From the NCBI GenBank assembly GCA_009925685.1, contig RFYG01000001.1, positions 1 to 43,923 on the forward strand: a DNA stretch of 43,923 nt, in the 5' to 3' direction. How positions within the stretch are numbered: the stretch's first letter is position 1; each line of letters opens with the position of its first letter. Shown piece by piece: positions 16,601-23,762 of this stretch. The notes beneath the pieces are model-generated. The model was not told the origin of the DNA, did no database searches, and was given only the letters and a program-made list of their open reading frames with translations. The position numbers were made by a program, and so were the translations under genes. This stretch comes from Pseudomonadota bacterium (GTDB taxonomy: Bacteria > Pseudomonadota > Alphaproteobacteria > Rickettsiales > UBA1997).

Positions 16601-18218
16601 GGAATAGATCGAGAACAAATTTTAACTCGTCATCTCTTTCAAATTTTTGAATATTAAGACCAAATTTCCCCGCTACATCAATCAACTCCGCAGCTTTATT
16701 TTCAGTATCTCGTAATTTCGAGTTCTTGGATTTTGTATCAATGATCAAACTTTTTAACCTAGGCAAAGATTTTTGCTCTTTGTCATTTTCAAGAAAAGTT
16801 TTTAACCCTCTTAAATCTTTATTTAGAAAAGGATTTTCTGCATCCAAGTAAATATCCGATAATTCCTTTATTTCTTCTAAAGCCTGTAAGCATGCGTCAA
16901 AACCTTCTTCTGGTAATTGAGTGAAAAAATTACCCTCTACTTTTGGGACATCCTCCATTTCACCTAATTCAAAAATCAAATCGAAGGGCTTTTTGCCAAA
17001 GCTTAATTTGCGGTGAAGTAATTCGCTTCTTTTGCTTAACTCTTTTTTTGCCTGATCCAGTTTTAGCAATATATTATCAGCAGAACGATTTGCAGAATAT
17101 TCATTTTGGAAAAAGTCGATTGAGTCAATTACTTGAGCAACAATATCTTTAGATTTTGATTTTTTGTCATGCAGATCGAGAAATATTCTCTCAAGGCCGA
17201 TTTTAGAAAAGTTTTTAAGAACGGCATTTATTGCAGCCTTCTTTTCAGCCACAAAGAGAACCTTCTTTCCTTGAGCAACCAATTCTGCAATTATGTTAGA
17301 GATTGTTTGAGTCTTACCAGTTCCAGGAGGACCTTGTATTACAAAATTTTTGCCATCCTTTGCTGCCTTAATTGCCTGAAGTTGTGAAGAATCAAAATCA
17401 AATGGGCTAAAAAACTTATCTGATAATATTTTATCAATTTCGCGAGCATCTTCAGAAAGTTCACCTTGATTCAATTCGTTACCATCTTTTGAAAGAAAGA
17501 TTTTAATTAAATCATGATTGAAGAATTCATCTTTTAGCTCAATAAGTTCGTTGTATAAAGAGGCTTTTGCAGAATTGAATATCCCAATTACTACCTTTTT
17601 CTCTACTGAAATACCATGAACATTGCCAACTAAAAAATCTGCAATTTTAGAGATTTTCTGATCAATATCACTAAGCAAAATATCGGCTGAATCTTCAAAA
17701 TCCGTAAGACCTTTATTTAGATTAACTTTAAAATCGTTTTTAAATTTTTCGTATATCGCATGATTAAAACTAGCCTCTAGAAATCCGCTAGAAAAATGAT
17801 CTACGCAATAACCACCTTTACCATTTTTGACAACCTCAGTAGAGATCAAATAAATTGGAGCATACCTTTCTTTGTCACCATCTTTATATTTGAAAAAGCA
17901 ATAAGCCCAACTGGTTGGATTAAATCCTTTCTCATCTTTTATCTCTTGCTGCTTTAAATAAATTTTGCCTAGAGTTTTATGGGCTTCACGTTGCAGCTTT
18001 TCTTTATCATTCAACTCATCTTCATCGTTGTAAGCTCCTATTTTCTCAATCTCAAAAGATTGATCCTGATTTTTCCGCTCTTTTTTAACCTGTGAAAATT
18101 TCTCGATGTCAAAGCAGGTAGATGCTGAAAATCTAAAATTAACAAGATTATTTCTTGCAGAGGTATCTATTAAGTTTTTCTGACATTGATCTAGGAAGGA
18201 GTAATCTTTATCGGTCAT
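13674..18218 (-). CDS. hheA: Giant DUF4011-type SF1 (Upf1/DNA2-like, AAA_11/AAA_12) helicase with a C-terminal Vsr/DUF559-like endonuclease domain (HheA-like)
   Basis: The N-terminal NLIDTSARNNLVNFRF is a DUF4011-like opening. Walker A GPPGTGKT is at aa 296-303 (17310-17333) and motif II DEASQ at aa 1121-1125 (14844-14858), about 815 aa of mostly charged, coiled-coil-like insert later. QGDERDIIV and RLNVMFSRAK are SF1 motifs V/VI. The last 100 aa (GYKIDLAVV...ILGIECDGEMYH...GWKIHRIW) match the DUF559/Vsr-like REase fold. Confidence 0.8.
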   Translation of the reverse strand: MTDKDYSFLDQCQKNLIDTSARNNLVNFRFSASTCFDIEKFSQVKKERKNQDQSFEIEKIGAYNDEDELNDKEKLQREAHKTLGKIYLKQQEIKDEKGFNPTSWAYCFFKYKDGDKERYAPIYLISTEVVKNGKGGYCVDHFSSGFLEASFNHAIYEKFKNDFKVNLNKGLTDFEDSADILLSDIDQKISKIADFLVGNVHGISVEKKVVIGIFNSAKASLYNELIELKDEFFNHDLIKIFLSKDGNELNQGELSEDAREIDKILSDKFFSPFDFDSSQLQAIKAAKDGKNFVIQGPPGTGKTQTISNIIAELVAQGKKVLFVAEKKAAINAVLKNFSKIGLERIFLDLHDKKSKSKDIVAQVIDSIDFFQNEYSANRSADNILLKLDQAKKELSKRSELLHRKLSFGKKPFDLIFELGEMEDVPKVEGNFFTQLPEEGFDACLQALEEIKELSDIYLDAENPFLNKDLRGLKTFLENDKEQKSLPRLKSLIIDTKSKNSKLRDTENKAAELIDVAGKFGLNIQKFERDDELKFVLDLFQEVLPYKDLLDNEVNPWLKMPIKNPDLFDVKEAREVLERLQKLLDVKIVKEEELKLLKSSISEAEDGFRNFNFIKGGNSLLKNSINFFNKVKEHQNIISQREQEWFHARFKNQCFENDKFLEDLACKFALLAENINLLSKLDLELKCLNEKGFSLNFYQLLKRFVRRGNLVGEIGKTKSNISSLKNWITSHVEFNEKSKILEDVALIAAGREFIIQNNNILIFKDLQNKIYEAELKDFFLDTIEKGSDFEYEIRVLESLYTKRLALEDLEAALRALIKEVGTLTRRVNDSLFEISSEAQSLRGEVESRLKYVETVSSIISAKQLIEKITLKIQSLELTELWQNVWLMKSDLRLIKSATKDYFENKSLSEILNDGLRSNKIEINSLSDFIFSRLDPKGDTAIELNSLEEKVVFYTRYLPMLQDSVRYLELKNTLEELSAEEFWNNVLESKISHREILKVFKKSFYSQVLENLIAKNELISNTKLTSEIINNFKVLDKNSIEINKRRIIENIKKHSSRIVRDHNFQQLKYRQRFSKPRKVISQYRDIIVNAVGCVVCSPLTICQYFEVEKHHSSSPIFDAVIFDEASQIFTWDALSSIFRAKQIIIAGDTEQMPPTNLFAANDTDDDFEDEHEEREKVGDYKGLLSYAAVRLRELQLTWHYRSKFEQLIHPSNQFVYNGRLISFPNSNKNEKPIVFHHLPEGIWDGQTNDCEAKYLVKLLKEIYHTGARSVGVISINKKQQTLIRDLIYCDEHLTAWLDNDDEDGLFVKNLENCQGDERDIIVVCSSYAKNKDGRILGTMFSQINKEDSYKRLNVMFSRAKKKLHFLSSIKWQDISAQYEGRKGMDFFKSYLRFAETSDFGITSKNHIKQDSFDSGFEESVCKSLRLLGYEVDSQVGCSGYKIDLAVVCPNTKNYILGIECDGEMYHSGKTARERDRLRQEVLESKGWKIHRIWSYDWIHCKKDELEKLKTKISQYN

Positions 18219-18225
18219 GAATGTG

Positions 18226-20466
18226 TTAATTTGTTAGACTACTATGTTCGATATAATCACTTCCCATCATCATCTTGTAATGATTGAGGTGACCTGTTTT
18301 TTCAAAAATTTCTTTAAAAACTCTTAGATAGACTTCTATCGTTGTATCAGTGATCGAAATATATAGATCATCATTTGCGTAGTGAGAGCCATCTTGTACC
18401 CATGAAGTAAGCGATTGGCATATAACTTTATCGTTACCCTCAAATTTTGAACACAAAGCGTCAAAATCATGCCCTCCCAGAATCTTAAAATAATTCTCTA
18501 AGATTCTGCGTAGAGTATTCTGAATTGTTAGGCTGCCTTTTGGAACTTTACGAACTTCTGCCCAGAGCAAATTATATGAAGTGCTAATTGGGTTGGTATC
18601 GTATTTCTCTAATTTTGAAATTGAATCCATCTTGCGCACTATCCAAAAAGTTGCTTCCTTTAGAGATGATTTATCACTTTTGTAATTATAGCGGCAAAAA
18701 CTAACTTCTTTGTGAAAGTAAACATTGTGTGTCATTACAAAGACTTGTTTGATGTAACCTTCCTTATTTTTAATCTTCGTAAATATCTCTTTTATCAAAT
18801 TACTGACTACGAACAATATATCACTATCAAGGCTTGACACCGGGTCATCAAAAACAACCACTCTATTTTCTGAGATCCCAGTACTTGATTCACTGCCTTG
18901 TAGAAGATGGTAAAAATATAAAAAAGTGACGAATGTTTTTTCTCCTTCACTAAGTGTTTCTTTTGCATCAATTCCATCAGGTCGGATAAGTTTGTAATGG
19001 ATGTTATCTTCGGCTTTTCCGAGTGCAAAACTATGAAAACCGAATGATTTTAATAAACGGTTAATCTCATCAATTGTTGGTTGAATGCTTGTTACATCCT
19101 TTTCTAGTTTGTGAATTTCTGCGCTTTTTTCAGCTGCTTCTTTCTTTTTATTTTTGATTTGCTCTTCAATTGAACTGACGGCTTTATCCAAATCTGTTTT
19201 TTCTTTAATATAAGAATCCAATTCAGATCTCAGCCATTGCTCAATAAGATATTTCCATATTTGTGATTTTAGAGCAGTTCTTTCATTGGCGAGATTATTA
19301 ACTGTTTCATTATGTTTTGAAATTGCAGCATTTGTTTCTGAGATAAGTTTTTCTATCTCTTTTAATACATTGCTCGCAGATTCTAACTCTAGCGATTGGC
19401 TAGGCTCCTTCTTTTTTAAAATTAGTTTTTGAGTGTTGTTTGATATTATTAGGTCAAGTAGCTCTTTTTCAGTTTTTAATTTTTCTGCATTAAGAAACTT
19501 AGATGGAGAGGCAAGAAGAGAGGCGAGTGTTTGCTGGAAACGAGCAGAATCAGTTTTGTAGTTGGTGTTAAGATCATCAATTGCTTTGTTATCCACTTCA
19601 AAAGCTTCATCGAAATATTCATTTAAACTTTTTGAGAAAGATTCATTAACACTTTGCTGGCAAAAAGGACATTTACCTTCGCTATTCTCATAAAAAGATT
19701 TTCCTTCTCTAACCCAATCACTGCTTCCCAACTTTTTTATCATTGCTGCAATATCAACATCATCTTTGCCGATAACTTTCTTTTTAAGAATTGGATTAGA
19801 TTCGTGCTTGGTAATTTCTTCTTCTATGATTGGTAACAGATTTTCGATGACAGGATTAGTGCCAAATATTGATTCTGCCGTTTTTTCAAGATCGGATAAA
19901 TTTTTTAATACTGCAGAGTTGGAAGTATTTTCTGTTAGAATTTTGTTCTTAAATTTTTCTTTTTTGTCTCTAAAACCTTCAAAAGCTTCAGATATTTTAC
20001 TCGCTTTATGCTTTGTGTAGGCGGTCCAACAGCTTTCCTTAAATTTCTCTTCTAGTAAATTTAGCTCACCTTTTTTTCCTCCATTCCCATCATCTCCTTG
20101 CAAGGTTTTGGTTCTAGAGGCAATATCGTTCTCAACTTCTTCTAATTTCTGCTTTGCTGAATTAATCTTATTAATGGCATCAATATTGCCTTCTCCCAAA
20201 GTAAAAACCCCTTTCAATGCGGGAGATTGATCAAAATTCTTACTTACGAAGTCCCTATTGTAGACTAGGGTTTTAATTTTTACTCCATTTACCCAATCCA
20301 CTTTGCAAGTAGGAAAACCAGTCTCATCTGCAACTATTCTGCTTATAGTGGTTTTGCCAGTTCCGTTTGATCCATATAAAAAATTGATTTTTGATAAATC
20401 TTTTAATGATTCTGGAGTAGTTTTGTCATACGTGGCAACTCCTGTGATGGTTATGGACTCAATCAT
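18226..20466 (-). CDS. rloC: RloC-like AAA_13 ATPase with a zinc-hook coiled coil and a C-terminal anticodon-nuclease-like domain
   Basis: Walker A YGSNGTGKTT is at aa 31-40 (about 20347-20376). A long coiled-coil insert carries CPFC at aa 266-269 (19660-19671), a Rad50/RloC-type zinc hook. ABC-signature-like LSEGEK, Walker B VVVFDDPVSSLD and H-loop MTHN follow. The C-terminal RRILENY (R653, E657) plus DGSHY (H695) resembles the Arg-Glu-His triad of PrrC/RloC. Confidence 0.7.
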   Translation of the reverse strand: MIESITITGVATYDKTTPESLKDLSKINFLYGSNGTGKTTISRIVADETGFPTCKVDWVNGVKIKTLVYNRDFVSKNFDQSPALKGVFTLGEGNIDAINKINSAKQKLEEVENDIASRTKTLQGDDGNGGKKGELNLLEEKFKESCWTAYTKHKASKISEAFEGFRDKKEKFKNKILTENTSNSAVLKNLSDLEKTAESIFGTNPVIENLLPIIEEEITKHESNPILKKKVIGKDDVDIAAMIKKLGSSDWVREGKSFYENSEGKCPFCQQSVNESFSKSLNEYFDEAFEVDNKAIDDLNTNYKTDSARFQQTLASLLASPSKFLNAEKLKTEKELLDLIISNNTQKLILKKKEPSQSLELESASNVLKEIEKLISETNAAISKHNETVNNLANERTALKSQIWKYLIEQWLRSELDSYIKEKTDLDKAVSSIEEQIKNKKKEAAEKSAEIHKLEKDVTSIQPTIDEINRLLKSFGFHSFALGKAEDNIHYKLIRPDGIDAKETLSEGEKTFVTFLYFYHLLQGSESSTGISENRVVVFDDPVSSLDSDILFVVSNLIKEIFTKIKNKEGYIKQVFVMTHNVYFHKEVSFCRYNYKSDKSSLKEATFWIVRKMDSISKLEKYDTNPISTSYNLLWAEVRKVPKGSLTIQNTLRRILENYFKILGGHDFDALCSKFEGNDKVICQSLTSWVQDGSHYANDDLYISITDTTIEVYLRVFKEIFEKTGHLNHYKMMMGSDYIEHSSLTN

Positions 20467-21338
20467 AATTCAGAAATCTTCCTTCTACATATGTTATTGG
20501 TCAGTTTAAGAAGATCTTTTACATCCTTTGCTAACGCCTCTAGATCTTCTTTTGATATTTTGTACTTTGGATCATATCTACCGCCAATATAGGCGTATTC
20601 TAGAAGCTTGAAGCGTTCCTTTTCTTCTTCGGTATTTCTTGGAAATAAGTTTCTTAATTCAGGGAAATATTGCTCACATTCTGCACCTAAAATTGCCAAG
20701 AAATGCTCATTGGGATTGTAAAGAGTGAAAACAAGAAGAAGTGTTTTGTAGGCGTGTTCAGCAGATTGATGAAGGTCAAAAGCAGCTTTACCAAAATAGG
20801 ATGAATCATTTTCTGATTTCTTAAAATCTGATCCAAAGTCATCAAAGAACATTTCTGCCCTTCTAAACCAATGCTCAAAATATTCTGTTCTGAATTTTTG
20901 AATCTCCTCATCACTTAAATTTCTGCGGTCGGCAAAATCAAAATTTCCAGCATCAAAAATCACGATGCCTTCTTCTTTTATATCGGAATAGAAATACTGT
21001 CCAACCGAAAGCTTATTATTTAGCTCTTCAATGTCGTGAGTTAAAATTCTTGGATCAGCACTGAGTTTTAAATTACGGCATTTTTCGCCGATTTCGTGCC
21101 AGAGATTTGTATCAAGTGCAGTTAGCGCATCTTTGGTGATAACCAAAATATCATAATCCGAAACATGACCAGATTTGCGGTTTTCGGCTAAATCTTTCTT
21201 TTCTTTGTAATCACCGCGCGCGTAAGAACCGAAAAGGATGATTTTTTCAACATCAGTGCAGTTTTGACGAATAGTTGCGATGATCTTTGCAAGTTCGTCC
21301 TGCTTTAGTTTCGGTAGATGCTCAATTGTTTTTCTCAT
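20463..21338 (-). CDS. Single-polypeptide fusion of a minimal nucleotidyltransferase (MNT) domain and a HEPN domain
   Basis: The N-terminal ILFGSYARGD ... SDYDILVI is the GSx10-DxD pol-beta NTase signature. The C-terminal helical domain starts EYFEHWFRRAEMFFDD and ends LLEYAYIGGRYDPKY, like PF05168-type HEPN domains. Its stop overlaps the rloC-like start (ATGA at 20463-20466). Confidence 0.75.
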   Translation of the reverse strand: MRKTIEHLPKLKQDELAKIIATIRQNCTDVEKIILFGSYARGDYKEKKDLAENRKSGHVSDYDILVITKDALTALDTNLWHEIGEKCRNLKLSADPRILTHDIEELNNKLSVGQYFYSDIKEEGIVIFDAGNFDFADRRNLSDEEIQKFRTEYFEHWFRRAEMFFDDFGSDFKKSENDSSYFGKAAFDLHQSAEHAYKTLLLVFTLYNPNEHFLAILGAECEQYFPELRNLFPRNTEEEKERFKLLEYAYIGGRYDPKYKISKEDLEALAKDVKDLLKLTNNICRRKISEL

Positions 21339-21833
21339 TCATGTTTTAATTAATTCGTAACTTTTACAAAAAAAATTACCTGAATTAATGCTAAAAAACA
21401 ATCTTTGAGAGGGTTTTTCTTTGGTTTTTGATTCGGTTAGTAAAAAATGAACGACTAACCTTATGCATATTATAGTAGCAACATTTCGGTTATCGTGATT
21501 CTAGTGCTATAAGACAATTCCTTCTTTTGCATGGTGGGGTTAGCGAATCGGCTTATATTCGTAACCATTATTTCTGACGCTTTCGGAATTTTTGATTTAT
21601 TTGCTGAATGTGAAATTGGACTCATAATTCTTTTATTCAGATTGATTCATTTTTTAAACAAGACTGCTCCGAGTTTATTTTTTGGCCTAGAAAGTTGTTT
21701 TTTTCGATCGTTTTTGCTAATTTTTCTCAAGTTTTTTGGTAAAACGATGCATCAAACATTCTCTAAGACATATGACAAAACTGAAACACAATGAGCTGAG
21801 AAATATTATTACATCAATTCACATAAACTAAAT

Positions 21834-23762
21834 ATGGATATCTCTCAATTACTAACAGAAATAGTTGTCGGAGGTATATTCATAAAATATCTTTTTAAAG
21901 TGTATGAAACACCAATTGCTGCTACAAAGAGAAATGATATGACTTCAGAAAAATTAAAAAAAGATGATTTAGTGGATGATGAGTCAATTATTGATGTAAC
22001 AGATCAAGGTCAAAAAATAATAAAACCCAATAGAGAAGATGGTTTAAAATCTTTTTCAAAGATTATTCAACGCTCTGATGAGATCAAAAAGGAGGTCTTT
22101 TCTAAACAAAGTAAAATAAAAGTACCTCACTGGGGCCATCAATATGTCTATTCACATGAAGAAATTCATGACGCTTCGAATGAACAAAAAGCGTTTTACA
22201 AAGAGTTCAAGAGAAGATTCTTAAATGGTGAATATATTGATCTTGAAGGAAATTCAAACTACTGCTTCGTACTGTTATATGATTTATTCAATGATTATCA
22301 GAGTCATAAAGATCTAATAAAGTTGGAAAATCAGTTCATTAATTTAGGTCGTAATTATCCTAAAACGGCTCCTTATGCTAAATCCTTATTACAAAGACAA
22401 AATCGCGTAAACAATCCATATTTCGATATACAAAATACAGCCTACGAATATCAGGATTACAGGCTTGGTGCTAGATACAAAAAGCAGCTCAATTTAAGTT
22501 CCGCTGAAGTAGATTATTTAGACAAGATTTGGAATACCAATAACAACTTTTTAAATATTGAGTTTTGTTTGATAGAAGCCGCAAAGCTTTATATTGCTGT
22601 TATTTCGGAATTAAAAAATGCGTACGCTAAAGAGGGAAAAACAATCGAAGAAAAATTTTTGGAGATCGGAGACTTAATCGCAACAAAACACCACAAATAT
22701 AGAAAAGGCAGTCAAAACTATAAACATGCTGTGGATTACAGCATTAATTATATTGTTTTTAATAACATCTTCAAACATTGCGAAAGTACTTTGCGCCAAT
22801 GTTATGGGCATAATCGCAATGTTGATCCTAGGTTGAGTTATAAAGAAGAAATAATTCAGACAGAATATGAATTAAAAGTAGCTTCTAAGGTAAAAGAGAT
22901 TCTGAGTACATTATCTTCAAAAATTTCTGAACCGAATGATGATGCTGAGATTGCGCTAAATTTACAGAGTGTGAATCGATGGAAGGATAAATTTAGTCAC
23001 ATCAAAGAAACTTACGGAAACAATCTGCCAAAATTTATAGAATCAGTTTCTGTGCTTGAAAGATTAAATCAGAAAACGCCTTCACTTAAAAATCTGCTTT
23101 TGGAGATTTCGAAGTTTTTATCAAAACATAATAAAGAATTATCTCTCACATATTATACTAAATATTTATACTATGCTGCTGATTCTAAAGGTATTGATGA
23201 CAAGAAATTTGTACAAAGTCTTCATAAATCACTATTTAAAACAACCGAGCAATTTATTGATTTTCAAAAAATCATTAATGATTTGATCAAGGATCGAGAT
23301 CTAGATAAAGCTTTAAATGCCGCTTCAAGAGTTTATGAAATCAAACGCAGAAAAATAAAACTTAACAAATCTTCTATCCAAGAGGCAAAACAACAACACT
23401 CAGAGACAGTGAACTTATTGAGTGAATATTTGAAAGATGATGATTCAGGAGATGTCGCTGCTCAAGAAGTACAAAAAGAATCTTTGAAAGAGGAAGCCGT
23501 CGCACAAGATAGTACTTCAATATTCAGTATACCATTTAACTCAACCCAGATCGCATTGGCCAACTTGTTTGAGCAAAATAATTTTTCTGTTTCAAGAAGC
23601 GATTTGGAGATATTTGCTAGATCAAATAATGTTTTTGAGAGCAGAATTATAGATAGCATAAACGAAGTCTGTTACGATCTATTAGACGATGTTCTGATAG
23701 AGGAAGAAGGAGATTTTTATACAATAAGTGAAAGTAATTTTAATAAAATTTTGCAGAAATGA
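21834..23762 (+). CDS. sngA: TerB-N / TerB-C domain protein (Shango SngA-like)
   Basis: HWGHQYVYSHEEI...QKAFYKEFKRRFLNGEYIDLEGNSNYCFVLLYDL (aa about 99-150) fits the TerB-N pattern. The C-terminal ...QIALANLFEQNNFSVSRSDLEIFARSNNVFESRIIDSINEVCYDLLDDVLIEEEGDFYTI fits TerB-C. No Shine-Dalgarno is visible at 21834, and an alternative ATG at codon 36 is possible. Confidence 0.65.
   Translation: MDISQLLTEIVVGGIFIKYLFKVYETPIAATKRNDMTSEKLKKDDLVDDESIIDVTDQGQKIIKPNREDGLKSFSKIIQRSDEIKKEVFSKQSKIKVPHWGHQYVYSHEEIHDASNEQKAFYKEFKRRFLNGEYIDLEGNSNYCFVLLYDLFNDYQSHKDLIKLENQFINLGRNYPKTAPYAKSLLQRQNRVNNPYFDIQNTAYEYQDYRLGARYKKQLNLSSAEVDYLDKIWNTNNNFLNIEFCLIEAAKLYIAVISELKNAYAKEGKTIEEKFLEIGDLIATKHHKYRKGSQNYKHAVDYSINYIVFNNIFKHCESTLRQCYGHNRNVDPRLSYKEEIIQTEYELKVASKVKEILSTLSSKISEPNDDAEIALNLQSVNRWKDKFSHIKETYGNNLPKFIESVSVLERLNQKTPSLKNLLLEISKFLSKHNKELSLTYYTKYLYYAADSKGIDDKKFVQSLHKSLFKTTEQFIDFQKIINDLIKDRDLDKALNAASRVYEIKRRKIKLNKSSIQEAKQQHSETVNLLSEYLKDDDSGDVAAQEVQKESLKEEAVAQDSTSIFSIPFNSTQIALANLFEQNNFSVSRSDLEIFARSNNVFESRIIDSINEVCYDLLDDVLIEEEGDFYTISESNFNKILQK

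Noticed and set aside
20463-21338. An active HEPN RNase toxin, on the basis of an R-x5-H string (RTEYFEH)
   Set aside because: The string lies at the very start of the HEPN-like domain rather than in the helix where the catalytic Rx4-6H motif normally sits. Catalytic status is left open rather than claimed.
21531-21794. 87-aa plus-strand ORF between the two defence operons
   Set aside because: It has no ribosome-binding site, and its Phe/Leu/Ile-rich translation is what T-rich spacer DNA would give. No motif was found. It is kept only as a remote small-membrane-protein possibility.
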